A stretch of 64,000 bases of DNA from Obrimoposthia wandeli (taxonomy: Eukaryota), in NCBI GenBank assembly GCA_977020255.1, contig CDROCS010001101.1:620001-684000 (forward strand). The letters are read 5' to 3'. The notes beneath the pieces are model-generated. The model did no database searches. It was not told the DNA's origin and worked only from the letters and a program-made list of their open reading frames with translations. Below, piece by piece: positions 1 through 10,482 of this stretch (position 1 is the first letter of the stretch; each line of letters begins with the position of its first letter). Position numbers and translations under genes: made by a program.

Positions 1-651
1 ATCGGCCTTGCAATGCACTTAGCGGCTGTAGGCTTAATTGGTTTATCAGTCATTATTCTTGCAACTGCATTTAACGGTATCACTGAAGAACACGCATTAG
101 GTAAAGCGTTTGAAGAGGCACTGCCTTTCACTGCTTTACTTGCGGTATTCTTTACCATTGTTGCGGTAATTATTGACCAACAGTTATTCATTCCGTTAAT
201 CACTGCTGTACTTGCCGCTGACCCACATCAACAACTACCTTTGTTCTATCTAGCCAATGGTATTTTGTCGATGGTAAGTGATAACGTATTCGTTGGTACG
301 GTTTACATTACTGAAGTAAAAGCAGCGCTGGTTAACGGTACAATTACGCGTGATCAGTTTGACTTACTGGCTGTAGCAATTAACACGGGTACTAACCTAC
401 CTTCAGTTGCAACACCAAACGGTCAAGCAGCATTCTTATTCTTATTAACGTCAGCCGTTGCACCATTACTACGTTTATCATATGGCCGTATGGTTATCAT
501 GGCATTACCGTATACTATCGTGATGACGCTAATTGGTCTGGGTTCACTCATGTACTTCTTAGAGCCTGCAACAGCGATGATGCTTGATATGGGTTGGATT
601 ACTGCCCATGTAGATAGTGCAGCAGACGTTGTAAAATCAGTCGGTCACTAA
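1..651 (+). CDS. nhaB: Na+/H+ antiporter NhaB, 3' part (5'-truncated by window edge)
   Basis: Frame open from base 1. Motifs [11 protein letters not shown] and [26 protein letters not shown] are NhaB hallmarks; followed by dsbB as in other gammaproteobacteria. Confidence 0.95.
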   Translation: MGLAMHLAAVGLIGLSVIILATAFNGITEEHALGKAFEEALPFTALLAVFFTIVAVIIDQQLFIPLITAVLAADPHQQLPLFYLANGILSMVSDNVFVGTVYITEVKAALVNGTITRDQFDLLAVAINTGTNLPSVATPNGQAAFLFLLTSAVAPLLRLSYGRMVIMALPYTIVMTLIGLGSLMYFLEPATAMMLDMGWITAHVDSAADVVKSVGH

Positions 652-682
652 CACTGAATACCGATAGTTAATCATTCGGTGC

Positions 683-712
683 AAAAAACGTCGCTATATG
701 CGGCGTTTTTTT
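683..712 (+). terminator. Intrinsic terminator after nhaB
   Basis: aaaaaacgtcgc-tatat-gcggcgtttttt hairpin with T-run. Confidence 0.75.
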
Positions 713-837
713 ATGCTTGATATCAATTAATACGGACATAATTTTTATTCTTACATAGTTTTACACTCTTGCGACAATATCAAAACTAACAATATGATAT
801 AACAGCAAGCAATCATTAAATTTACTTGAGATAATAT

Positions 838-1362
838 ATGTACCAGTTTATTTCTAACCTGCCGAAACAACGCCTGCCTTGGGTTTTACTTGCATTGACC
901 GGCATGGGATTAGAAGCATCAGCCCTTTTCTTCCAGTATGTAATGGAACTCAACCCCTGCGTATTATGCGTTTATGAACGTGTCACGATAATGGGGATTA
1001 TTTTAGCTGGTTTAGTGGGTGCAATCGCCCCAGCCAATCCGTTCATACGTTTTAGTGGTTTTGCATTATGGTTTATCAGTGCAATCTATAGTTTACGCAT
1101 TTCTATGGAACACGTGGATATTCAACTTAATCCATCACCGTTTTCGACATGTGACTTCTTCCCTAACTTCCCTAGTTGGGCGCCGATCCATGAGTGGGCA
1201 CCGTGGATGTTCAATCCAACGGGATTTTGTGATGAAATCAGCTGGCAGTTTTTATCGTATACAATGCCACAATGGTTAATTGTAACCTCTGTGATTTATT
1301 TAACGGTTGCAGTGATTGTCTTTAGTTGCCATATTATCGGCCTAATCAAGCCGACTAAATAA
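838..1362 (+). CDS. dsbB: Disulfide bond formation protein B
   Basis: 4 TM helices, PCVLCVYER CXXC motif, second Cys pair (FSTCDF ... PTGFCDE). Confidence 0.95.
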   Translation: MYQFISNLPKQRLPWVLLALTGMGLEASALFFQYVMELNPCVLCVYERVTIMGIILAGLVGAIAPANPFIRFSGFALWFISAIYSLRISMEHVDIQLNPSPFSTCDFFPNFPSWAPIHEWAPWMFNPTGFCDEISWQFLSYTMPQWLIVTSVIYLTVAVIVFSCHIIGLIKPTK

Positions 1363-1375
1363 CAAGGATAGAACA

Positions 1376-1684
1376 ATGAGTAAAGCAGAATTAACTCAAG
1401 CTCAGCAAGACCAATTGGACGCTAAAGTATTACAACGTTTATTAGCGCATTTGGATGATAACAAACAAGTTCAAAATATTGATTTAATGATCCTTGCTGA
1501 TTTTTGCCGTAATTGCCTAGGTAAATGGTATAAGTCTGCAGCAGATGAGTTGGAATTGGACGTGTCTGACGATCAAGCAAGAGAACGTATCTACGGTATG
1601 ACGTATGCAGAATGGAAAGCTAACCATCAACTGCCTGCAACTGAAGAACAACTTGCGGCGTTTAATGCTAAACCAAAAAAGTAA
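1376..1684 (+). CDS. DUF1244 family protein
   Basis: VQNIDLMILADFCRNCLGKWY and ARERIYGMTYAEWK motifs. Confidence 0.85.
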   Translation: MSKAELTQAQQDQLDAKVLQRLLAHLDDNKQVQNIDLMILADFCRNCLGKWYKSAADELELDVSDDQARERIYGMTYAEWKANHQLPATEEQLAAFNAKPKK

Positions 1685-1721
1685 CCTAGTAACGATGAAT
1701 TAATCGTTAACTGCAAAGACT

Positions 1722-1759
1722 AAAAAGGGCGAGTAAACTCCACGTTTGCTCGCCCTTTT
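1722..1759. terminator. Bidirectional intrinsic terminator
   Basis: aaaaagggcgagtaaac-tccac-gtttgctcgccctttt between convergent genes. Confidence 0.8.
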
Positions 1760-1785
1760 CTGTATGTTTTTATTAATCGTCGTGA

Positions 1786-2067
1786 TTAACCATATTGACA
1801 AAGATACGCAGTTTCTTGCACTACTTTAACTTGAAACTTACTGTCTGCCGGTACATTAAATTTCTCACCAGCATTAAATGTTTGCCATTCAACTTGTCCA
1901 GGGAGTAACACAGTTAACGCACCAGTGATAACAATCATCACTTCAGCTAATGCTGTACCAAATTCATACTCACCAACAGCCATCACGCCAACACTGGCTT
2001 CTTTGTCCGCCTCTTGAAATCCAATAGAAGCAACTTGACCATCAAAATACTGATTTATCTTAAACAT
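1786..2067 (-). CDS. ppnP: Pyrimidine/purine nucleoside phosphorylase (YaiE/DUF1255)
   Basis: [17 protein letters not shown]...[14 protein letters not shown]...AYLCQY, 93-aa cupin. Confidence 0.92.
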   Translation of the reverse strand: MFKINQYFDGQVASIGFQEADKEASVGVMAVGEYEFGTALAEVMIVITGALTVLLPGQVEWQTFNAGEKFNVPADSKFQVKVVQETAYLCQYG

Positions 2068-2188
2068 CTAAAATCCTTTTATACGATTAACTACAACTAA
2101 GTATTTAGAATAACCGAAAAAAAAACGGATGAACAGTACTCTAATTTAAATCTAACCGAACCCTAACGCATATATGAGTAATCTATGC

Positions 2189-3406
2189 TTAGAAATTATA
2201 ATAACCGGTAAGTTGGATCATATTGTCATCATTAAACGCTTTGTTGGCATAATCGTCATCGCTCACGTTAAACCACCAGCCTTCTACACCAACAGATAAC
2301 GCTTTAGTCACATTAACTTTTGCCTGAACTGAACCATGCTGAGAGCCAAAGTCGAAATCATAATTATGGCCGATCAGTATTTCACTATCATTTAAGCCAT
2401 TCAGGGTTACTCTTATTCCAGCAAAGATATCATTTTGAAAGCTATTATCAAATGCACTTTCACCATGTTCATCCCAACTGTACTCAGCTAATAAGTTAAC
2501 GCCAAAGTTTTGGTTTTGGTTTTGTATGAGCTTAAATTCCGAGCCGAATACCATAGCGCGTGTCGACTTATTTTCAACAACCTTATAAAGTACTTCCGCT
2601 TTTAATTCTATTCTGTTCAGATCTGCTTTAATATCCACGGATAATTGATCAATTAAGTTCACTTTCCAGACCGGATCGCCAACAGATTGAATCTCTAATT
2701 CAGGCGTCCTTGAATGACCGCCAAAATAGCCGACACCAACATCGATATTTTTGATTTTTTTACTATAACGTAGTGCAAGATCGGGGTGATATTCCTCTCC
2801 CCAACCTTCATACTCATAACGATAATCATCTTCAAAACTAAAACGAGCACCGGGTGTTGGCATGCTCGGCTCACGATAACCAATCAATATCATTGCTTCA
2901 AGCAAGGCATCTTTCATATTCACGCCTAACCTAAACATAGGCTGGCCTAACTTATCTTCCCCATTAGGTGATTCGTTATAGTCAGTTTGGTTAACGATAT
3001 CGACTAAATGGTGATTTTCCATCACTCCCCAATGGACTTGATCAAAACCGATAGATGCCTGCCATTTTTTAGTAATGACCGCTGCCTTAAGTTCTCTAAA
3101 ATCAATATGCGTACGTTCACTATCTCGCTCATCAAAACGTAAGAATGGATGTGCGGTATACACCATATTATTATGCTCTGATGACGCTTCCACGTGTGGC
3201 GATAATGCCACCGACACTTGATGATAAACCGGATAAGGATAACCATTACCGGCCGGTTGTGTTAGTGGGTCTGGTCGGTCTAAGAATATGCGTTGCTCCA
3301 AGCTTGCACTTCCCTTTACTTTTATTTCAGCGTTAACATCTGTAATAACGCTAGACGTCACAAAGCCTAAGGTAATTAACCCGCAGCATTTAATTAATGA
3401 TTTCAA
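2189..3406 (-). CDS. Predicted outer-membrane beta-barrel protein, uncharacterised
   Basis: Signal peptide, alternating beta-strand pattern, C-terminal aromatic beta-signal (GYYNF); internal motif HLVDIVNQTD...GEDKLGQPM. Confidence 0.65.
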   Translation of the reverse strand: MKSLIKCCGLITLGFVTSSVITDVNAEIKVKGSASLEQRIFLDRPDPLTQPAGNGYPYPVYHQVSVALSPHVEASSEHNNMVYTAHPFLRFDERDSERTHIDFRELKAAVITKKWQASIGFDQVHWGVMENHHLVDIVNQTDYNESPNGEDKLGQPMFRLGVNMKDALLEAMILIGYREPSMPTPGARFSFEDDYRYEYEGWGEEYHPDLALRYSKKIKNIDVGVGYFGGHSRTPELEIQSVGDPVWKVNLIDQLSVDIKADLNRIELKAEVLYKVVENKSTRAMVFGSEFKLIQNQNQNFGVNLLAEYSWDEHGESAFDNSFQNDIFAGIRVTLNGLNDSEILIGHNYDFDFGSQHGSVQAKVNVTKALSVGVEGWWFNVSDDDYANKAFNDDNMIQLTGYYNF

Positions 3407-3717
3407 TTTTATTCCCCATCAAAGAAACCAGTCACTAGGGCGAAGTAATAAACAACGATCCTTGTTGTCTCTTTATACTTAATAAATATACGTTGTTAAT
3501 AAGTATGTCTTTGTATGCTTGTACGAAGCAATTATTTTATAAAAAACCATACCTACAGAGTGGCTGCAACTGGTACTTAATAGTCAAAAAGCATGAGTGG
3601 ATATCAAAACCAGTATTAAATCACTTAGTAAGTCGAAATGTTGGTACAATTAATGCTTAGCGTTATTGATAGTACATTCTTAAAATAACGACGTAAAAAT
3701 GACACAAAGGAAACAAC

Positions 3718-4677
3718 ATGCGCTTTAAGTTATGCAGCATTATTTTATTGGCTTTCAGCCCACTTAGTCAGAGCTTTGCAAGCGGCTGGCTATTTGGTAT
3801 GCATAATGACGTGATCTCAAATGAAGATGGCAATTATACTAATGCCGTATTTATCAATTACACTTCAGAAGCACCCGCTTTAAATAACCAATTTTGGCAA
3901 GCTTTAACAGCATTTGACCCAAACGCCCTTAAATATGCTGTGAATTATCAGTTTGGTCAGCAAATGTGGACGCCTAGTGATATCTCAGAAACAACGCCTC
4001 AACCGAATGAACGTCCGTATGCGGGTTTGTTATTTGGCGAAGCAAGTGTCTTAGGTTACAGCACGGTGAGCTCTTATCGCCTGTCATTATTATTTGGTGG
4101 GGTTGGTGAACAATCAAGAGCTGGTGATACGCAGAAATACATTCATGAATTGATCGATGCTACGACACCGCAAGGCTGGGACAACCAAGTTGAAGATGAG
4201 CTTGTTTATCAAGTGACAGTCGAAGCAGATCAACTCATTGGCCGCCCTCTTATGCTCATTGGTGAATCAGACTTGTCCGTTTATCAGCGCCTTGCCGTCG
4301 GTAATTATCAAAGTGAAGCCGCGTTCGGTAGTACTGTACGCTGGGGTGTTGATTTAGGCGCCAATTATAACAATCTCAGCCTGCACCCTCAACGTTTGCA
4401 AGGTATGCTGTTAGCACCCAATAGTTCTGGCATCATGCTTTATGCAACCGCTGAAGTGCGTTACCGTTTTAATGATATAACGATCGAAGGTGATACGCCT
4501 GATGTTGTACCCGAAGTCACGTTAAATAACTTACAAGGTACACTTGCTGCAGGCTTACTCGCTTATTATCATAATGTCGGTATCAAATTCAGTGTTGTCG
4601 CAATGAGTCCTGACTTTGAAGAAGATGAACATGAGGAATATATCGTCGGTAGCCTAGGGCTATTTTGGCAGTTTTAG
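3718..4677 (+). CDS. lpxR: Lipid A 3-O-deacylase LpxR family (DUF2219) outer-membrane protein
   Basis: NDV...DGNYTNA, GQQMWTPSDI, ERPYAGLL, GWDNQV motifs; signal peptide; C-terminal WQF. Confidence 0.8.
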   Translation: MRFKLCSIILLAFSPLSQSFASGWLFGMHNDVISNEDGNYTNAVFINYTSEAPALNNQFWQALTAFDPNALKYAVNYQFGQQMWTPSDISETTPQPNERPYAGLLFGEASVLGYSTVSSYRLSLLFGGVGEQSRAGDTQKYIHELIDATTPQGWDNQVEDELVYQVTVEADQLIGRPLMLIGESDLSVYQRLAVGNYQSEAAFGSTVRWGVDLGANYNNLSLHPQRLQGMLLAPNSSGIMLYATAEVRYRFNDITIEGDTPDVVPEVTLNNLQGTLAAGLLAYYHNVGIKFSVVAMSPDFEEDEHEEYIVGSLGLFWQF

Positions 4678-4806
4678 CCAAACTTTATTCTATAATGTAT
4701 GAATTGTGCACATTTATAAAAATACTAGAAAGTAGATATATGTTACTAATTTCCCGTGTTAACATGCTTGCAAATTAGCCACTTTTCTGCCTTAAAGATA
4801 TATTAC

Positions 4807-5847
4807 ATGCATGATTCTTCATTAACATATACGCGCCGCCCTAAAGGCACCCTTGCAATGTGCACCTTGTATGCCTTTACTGGCGCAGCCATTGCGGCAT
4901 CAGTTATATTTTCGCTACTGCTATTTTTATCTATTCACGATAAATTACTGATGCAAGTTTTATTCGGTAGTTTAGCGGTCATCTTCGAATTAGGTAAATT
5001 CTTTGCTTGGTATGAATTTGGTGAGCGTATTGCCCGTAAAGCATTTCATGCTGCTTTGATAGCCCTTGGATTCTATTGCATCTTGGCCATTATTTCGATT
5101 GGCGGTAGTATCGGTGGTATTAACAGTGCAACAAACGTCGCACAGCAATATGTTGATAAGCGTGAGAGTAAAGTTAATGCTGTCAATCAGCAAATAGCCG
5201 CTATCGATGCTGAAATTGCACTAAATAATAAAGCTGCAGATAAATACCTCGAATTACAAATGATCTCGATTGGCGTTACGCGCATTCAGAATGAAAACCA
5301 AATACTGCGTGAACAACAAACAAAGCTTAGAATTGAGCGAGATAACGTGCCAGTTGCTGAAAATGGCTCAGTTATTAGTTTGATCGCAAGTCTTGCTAAA
5401 ATTCTTAATACCACAACTGAAAATGCGCAATCTTGGTTGGTGATTTTCTTATCCGTTTTACTGGATATTTTCGCTGCATTCTTTGTAGGCTTAATTGGTG
5501 AAGAACTCCGTTTCCGTCATTCAATCATCCGTAAAAAGAATCAAGAGAAAGTCAATAAAGCTGAGCGTTTACAACTGTTGGCCACGAAAAACTATATTGA
5601 AATTGAAGCGCCGGCGCAATTGGAACAGAAAGTATTGATTGAAAAACAGATGTCAGTCAGTTCTTCATATATTTTACAGGCTGCACAAGCGCAAGATTTG
5701 AAGTGTTCTAAAAAGCACATTGCTGAAACACTTAATTTAACGGCAGATGAAATAGACATCGCATTTGAAGAATTCTTATCGTTTGGTATCGTAGAAAGAA
5801 AACGTAACAATCATTTACGTTGGATAAGACAAGCAGAAGTCGCTTAA
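4807..5847 (+). CDS. Uncharacterised membrane protein (3 TM, coiled coil, TM, C-terminal wHTH-like segment)
   Basis: Hydrophobic N-terminal helices, heptad-like region AIDAEIALNNK...LRIERD, fourth TM, helical C-terminus. Start moved from the track's 4756 to ATG 4807. Confidence 0.65.
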   Translation: MHDSSLTYTRRPKGTLAMCTLYAFTGAAIAASVIFSLLLFLSIHDKLLMQVLFGSLAVIFELGKFFAWYEFGERIARKAFHAALIALGFYCILAIISIGGSIGGINSATNVAQQYVDKRESKVNAVNQQIAAIDAEIALNNKAADKYLELQMISIGVTRIQNENQILREQQTKLRIERDNVPVAENGSVISLIASLAKILNTTTENAQSWLVIFLSVLLDIFAAFFVGLIGEELRFRHSIIRKKNQEKVNKAERLQLLATKNYIEIEAPAQLEQKVLIEKQMSVSSSYILQAAQAQDLKCSKKHIAETLNLTADEIDIAFEEFLSFGIVERKRNNHLRWIRQAEVA

Positions 5848-5910
5848 CATGAGCCTGCGTACAATAAATAACTGATTACAAAAAGTCAGTTAAGTAATTT
5901 ATTACAATAA

Positions 5911-5947
5911 GCCAGTACAGCAATTTAATTCCCCCTGTTGTACTGGC
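5911..5947 (+). terminator. Stem-loop after 5847 ORF (possible terminator)
   Basis: gccagtacagca ... tgttgtactggc inverted repeat; lacks a clear T-run. Confidence 0.5.
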
Positions 5948-6094
5948 TAAACCCTTCGACTACACCTTACACTCTTGTTTTTAATACATTAAATCCAACG
6001 TTACATCACAATCTGTCATATAGGCCAATTCAAACATAAAGCGATATGTAATACTGGCGTTTTATTTAGCTTATAATTTGACAGGGAAATCCAA

Positions 6095-6760
6095 ATGAAA
6101 TATTACATATTATTACTGATGACCATATTACTCAGTACCACAAGCGTCTCCGCATCTGAGTGGGAATTAGAAAAATATGATGAAGACAATGATATTAAAG
6201 TATATACCCGCTTAAAACCAAACAGTGAAAGTGATTTTAAAGAATTCAAAGGTGTCACCCACATAAAGTCACGCATCACCCCCTTTGTCGCTTTACTCGA
6301 CAATGCAGAATTAGCATGTGACTGGATGTATAACTGTGTGAAGTTTGAATTCATCGCAGAAACATCTGTTACTCAAAAAACATCTTATAGCATTAACAAT
6401 GCACCTTGGCCTGTGACTGATCGCGATCTTGTTGTCGATAGTGCAACAAGCCAAAATAAAGATAACTACGCTGTGACGATCTCGCTATCATCAGCAGCCG
6501 ATAAAGTCGCTAAAGATGACGATTATATTCGCGTTAAAGAACTTGAAGGTAAATGGACATTTACACCGATGGACAATGGTGTAGTTGAAGTAAGCTATCA
6601 ATTATTCCTTGACCCAGCAGGTAGCCTCCCAAGTATGCTTGCGGCATCAACGGTTGTTGATACGCCATATTACACCCTGCTTAACCTGCGTGAGATTATT
6701 GCTAAACCTGAATTACAGTCACAGCAGTTAACGTATATTAGCGAACCCCCAGCTAACTAA
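6095..6760 (+). CDS. START/SRPBCC domain lipid-binding protein, secreted
   Basis: Signal peptide; WEL...IKVYTR, EFKGV, APWPVTDRDLV, DPAGSLP START motifs. Confidence 0.85.
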   Translation: MKYYILLLMTILLSTTSVSASEWELEKYDEDNDIKVYTRLKPNSESDFKEFKGVTHIKSRITPFVALLDNAELACDWMYNCVKFEFIAETSVTQKTSYSINNAPWPVTDRDLVVDSATSQNKDNYAVTISLSSAADKVAKDDDYIRVKELEGKWTFTPMDNGVVEVSYQLFLDPAGSLPSMLAASTVVDTPYYTLLNLREIIAKPELQSQQLTYISEPPAN

Positions 6761-6880
6761 TACAATTAACAAGGGTGAGAATATCGACAAGTTTTCTAAA
6801 AGCTGTATTAATATTTTCATCCTTGATAACATAGCACTGCATCCAAGCACCTCCTGTTATCGATTTATGAGTCAACCCGA

Positions 6881-7585
6881 ATGATTAAACAACAATTACA
6901 TATTGCCCTCGTTGAAGATGAAATCAATATCGCAGAAAACTATCGCGATGCATTACAACGGATCGGTTACCGGGTTTCAATTTTTCATAATCGCCAAGAT
7001 GCACTCGCCGCTTTTGCACTCGCATTACCAGATATGGCGATTATCGATGTCGGTTTACAAGATGAATATGAAGGTGGTTTTGAGCTATGTCGCACATTAC
7101 GCCAACTTTCAGATACCCTACCGATTATATTTTTAACCGCAAGAAACAGCGAACTTGATGAAATTTCGGCGTTACGCCTTGGCGCGGATGATTACCTAAC
7201 TAAAGACGTGAGTATTCATCAAGTTTTAGCCCGTGTATCTGCACTATTTCGTCGTATTCAAGCATTAAAAAAACCAGTCTCTAATGACGAACAAGTACTT
7301 AATCGTGGGCTATTACGAATCAATGTCGAGCGTATTGAAACATACTGGCAAGATCAACCGGTGATGCTGACGTTAACTGAATTTTGGATTGTGCATACGC
7401 TGGCTAAATACCCTGGTCAGGTTAAAAATAGAGACCAACTAATGGATGCGGCGCACGTGGTATTAGATAACAATACCATCACCACACACATCAAGCGCAT
7501 CCGCAAAAAATTCAGCTATATAGATGCAGAATTCAATGCCATCAAAACGGCTTATGGTATGGGTTATCGCTGGGTTATGGAGTGA
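6881..7585 (+). CDS. pdsR: OmpR-family response regulator, PdsR (proteobacterial dedicated sortase system) type
   Basis: IALVEDE, IIDVGL, GGFELCR, PIIFLTAR, GADDYLTKD; LTLTEFWIVHTLA...HIKRIRKKF...TAYGMGYRW. Confidence 0.8.
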   Translation: MIKQQLHIALVEDEINIAENYRDALQRIGYRVSIFHNRQDALAAFALALPDMAIIDVGLQDEYEGGFELCRTLRQLSDTLPIIFLTARNSELDEISALRLGADDYLTKDVSIHQVLARVSALFRRIQALKKPVSNDEQVLNRGLLRINVERIETYWQDQPVMLTLTEFWIVHTLAKYPGQVKNRDQLMDAAHVVLDNNTITTHIKRIRKKFSYIDAEFNAIKTAYGMGYRWVME

Positions 7586-9684
7586 CATTTCACTTTAATC
7601 TAAAAACACAGCTGCTATTCGTCGCCAGCTTAATGTTATTACTACCTTGGGCTGGTTGCCAAAGTGTCAGTATTTTAGAAACCAGCTTACGCCAAAGTCA
7701 TAGCCAATTACTCGATGCACAAATGACGGCAGCAGCCCAGCAGCTTGAGCGCAAACTAAATCAATCGCAATACACCCATTTAAATACCAACCAAGGTAAC
7801 TATTATGCCCCGCTCACCGACAGTAAAATGTTATTGGATGGGTTTGATGGTGAAGAAAGCGATTGGGATAATATTACCACCCCTTGGTTTCAGCTTAATA
7901 GCTATGACTACGTTGCAGAGCGTTACGAACCAGGGCTTCCCCTTACTGAAGAACCTACTATTTCAGCTAAATTTAAGCTCGCAGCAAATGATAAATTACT
8001 CTATATTTTTATTCAGACGAGCGCTCTTAGTCCACACTATTATAATCCAACTCAGCCACAGCGACCTGCAGACCAGCTTAACATCCGCAGTATCAATAAA
8101 ACTGGCCTTGTTTCGCGTTGGCAAATTAACCCACAAGGCTCTGGCCGTGTCGAGATGGAAAATACTAGCCAAGCAATGGTCACCAGCCGAGATGCTGGAT
8201 CATGGGTATGGCGCGATGGCCATTACACGATAGAAATTGCGATTCCAATTAGTTTAGCCAGTGATGCGATAGGTTTTGATCTTACGCTTAATGATCAGCA
8301 ATTAAATCAGCATTTCAAATCTAAACCGGGATCGACTTACGAACGCAGCCTAGTACGTGAAACATTGGATTTAAACCAGCAACTCGCTAGCTACCAACAA
8401 CCCGGCCTGAGTTTATATTTGCTCAATAGCCAATATTGGTTGGTTGGGCGACTTAATGCTGACACTGGAAGTGAAAGCCTAAGAGAAAGTGAAGTAAATG
8501 ACGATCAAGTCGATCCATCTTGGTTTAGCAACGCCATTTACAACAAATTATTCACCTCAGATTCACTGCCTTATTGGCGAGAACCCACAAGTTTAGGCCG
8601 TTGGTTATCACCACAGCAACTCGGACAAGCAACCTGGTATCAAGACTCTCCCATTAATAAACAACTGCACAGTAAAACCCTGTTTGTTAACGGCCTGCCA
8701 TATTATTTTGTCGCCGTACAAGATGCACGGCAAAGCTTACTATCAGCAAGTAAGGCGTTAAATCAGCTATTGATATTACTGTTTACGATCATCGCCATTA
8801 TCGTATCAGTATTATTTTCTTTTGCTTCGCTATTATCATGGCGTATTGTCAAAATGAAAAAAAATTACCGTAATGCTATTGATAGCGACGGTAAAATAAT
8901 GGCTGTTCCAGACGCCAGTAAATTACCCGACGAACTCGGGGATTTATCACGTGTAATGCAACAACTGACCATTAATCAAGGTAAATACACTGACTACTTA
9001 GCGTCACTGGCTGATAAATTATCTCATGAATTGAAGACCCCTGTGGCCGTTATACGTACATCACTGGAAAATTTGGAACTATCTAATTTAGATCCTGAGG
9101 CAAGCAAATACCTGACTCGTGCAATGCAAGGGACGAACCGTCTAAGCCAAACATTAAACGCCCTTAGTGAAGCCAATAAATTAGAGCAAAGTTTTGAATA
9201 TGCACAGTGGCAAGTTGTGCCGTTTGACGATATGTTAGAAGAGCTAACCGATGCTTACCGACAGATTTATAGTAGTCACCAATTTCAATTAACTTATGAT
9301 AAGAAAGAAGATTTTACGATTAATTTAGCACCAGAACTTATTGTACAATTACTCGATAAGCTCATCAGTAATGCTGTGGATTATGCGCCTGTCGATCAAC
9401 CGATATGCTTTACCCTTAATAAACTTGATGGCCAACTACAACTACAAATCGAAAATCAAGGGCCACACTTTAGCAGTGATAATATCCCGCAACTGTTTGA
9501 CTCTATGGTTTCCAATCGTCAGCAGTCTGCGATTCCCCATCTCGGCTTGGGGTTACATATTGTTAAGTTAATCAGTAATTTTCATCAGGCTAAAGTCAGT
9601 GCAGAAAATCTACCCGGTGAAAAAGGCGTTATATTTGAACTACTATTACCTATAGAATACATAAATAGACAGATAGATAAATAA
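7582..9684 (+). CDS. pdsS: Sensor histidine kinase, PdsS type
   Basis: GTG start overlapping pdsR stop; 2 TM with large periplasmic domain; HAMP-like linker; H-box LSHELKTPVAVIRTSLENL; N-box KLISNAVDY; G2 HLGLGLHIV. Confidence 0.75.
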   Translation: MTFHFNLKTQLLFVASLMLLLPWAGCQSVSILETSLRQSHSQLLDAQMTAAAQQLERKLNQSQYTHLNTNQGNYYAPLTDSKMLLDGFDGEESDWDNITTPWFQLNSYDYVAERYEPGLPLTEEPTISAKFKLAANDKLLYIFIQTSALSPHYYNPTQPQRPADQLNIRSINKTGLVSRWQINPQGSGRVEMENTSQAMVTSRDAGSWVWRDGHYTIEIAIPISLASDAIGFDLTLNDQQLNQHFKSKPGSTYERSLVRETLDLNQQLASYQQPGLSLYLLNSQYWLVGRLNADTGSESLRESEVNDDQVDPSWFSNAIYNKLFTSDSLPYWREPTSLGRWLSPQQLGQATWYQDSPINKQLHSKTLFVNGLPYYFVAVQDARQSLLSASKALNQLLILLFTIIAIIVSVLFSFASLLSWRIVKMKKNYRNAIDSDGKIMAVPDASKLPDELGDLSRVMQQLTINQGKYTDYLASLADKLSHELKTPVAVIRTSLENLELSNLDPEASKYLTRAMQGTNRLSQTLNALSEANKLEQSFEYAQWQVVPFDDMLEELTDAYRQIYSSHQFQLTYDKKEDFTINLAPELIVQLLDKLISNAVDYAPVDQPICFTLNKLDGQLQLQIENQGPHFSSDNIPQLFDSMVSNRQQSAIPHLGLGLHIVKLISNFHQAKVSAENLPGEKGVIFELLLPIEYINRQIDK

Positions 9685-9708
9685 ATAAACCGTCAATAAG
9701 GAGAAGTC

Positions 9709-10368
9709 ATGCTTATACGACCAATCGCAAAACGTAATGGTGTGACGTTTACTCTTGTCGCTGGTTTATTTATCTTTGCCAGTATTATTGCCCTGCTCTC
9801 AATCGCTAATAATAACAGTTTCTACTTTCCACTATTCGCTGGCTCGTTGATTATAGGTATCATCCTATTAATTATTGGGTTCGCCAAAATAAATGATGTC
9901 GATTATCGCTTTTCACTCACCAATGAAGGGATACATTATTTCACTGCGCGTGGCGGCTTCACTATTCTTTGGCAAGATATACAACGAATTGATATTCCTA
10001 AAATAAATGATGGTCTGGCACTAAAAGAACTACCTTACATAGGTATTCGCCTAACTCAACGAGAACACCTTATTAACAGCGCTTCATTACCCACCCTCTC
10101 GCACATGTTAGTAGAACAGCGTGCGCTTATCATGCTGACAAATCCCAATGGCACATTGTATGGCAATGCTGACAACATGCTTTACCCTAATATAAAAGTA
10201 ACCCATAAATATCAAGGGCTGCAGGCCATGTTCATCAATCGAATGCACTACCTTCACGACACGTTAGGTTATGATATTTACTTTCCGGAAGATGATCTTG
10301 ACCGCTCACCCGCGGAGTTTGTTACGCTATTACGTCAGTTTAAAGCAAATTGTCCTAGATCATCGTAA
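9709..10368 (+). CDS. DUF2982 family membrane protein
   Basis: RNGVTFTL, 2 TM, WQDIQRIDIP, LPYIGIRL, LGYDIYF...DLDR motifs. Confidence 0.75.
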   Translation: MLIRPIAKRNGVTFTLVAGLFIFASIIALLSIANNNSFYFPLFAGSLIIGIILLIIGFAKINDVDYRFSLTNEGIHYFTARGGFTILWQDIQRIDIPKINDGLALKELPYIGIRLTQREHLINSASLPTLSHMLVEQRALIMLTNPNGTLYGNADNMLYPNIKVTHKYQGLQAMFINRMHYLHDTLGYDIYFPEDDLDRSPAEFVTLLRQFKANCPRSS

Positions 10369-10435
10369 ACAATAATAATTATCAATTAGAGTTGCATTAA
10401 ACATTTTTATATGGATAATACGAACTATTCTCATT
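10368..10435 (+). promoter_or_regulatory. Two Fur-like boxes (10368-10386, 10417-10435) flanking or overlapping a sigma70-like promoter
   Basis: aacaataataattatcaat and aatacgaactattctcatt each match 13 of 16 defined positions of the Vibrio-type consensus AATGANAATNATTNTCATT; -35 ttgcat (10392) and -10 gataat (10414). Confidence 0.65.
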
Positions 10436-10482
10436 AAGGCTACAAAAATAATGTAGTCCATTAAAAATAAAAAGGATTTGTT

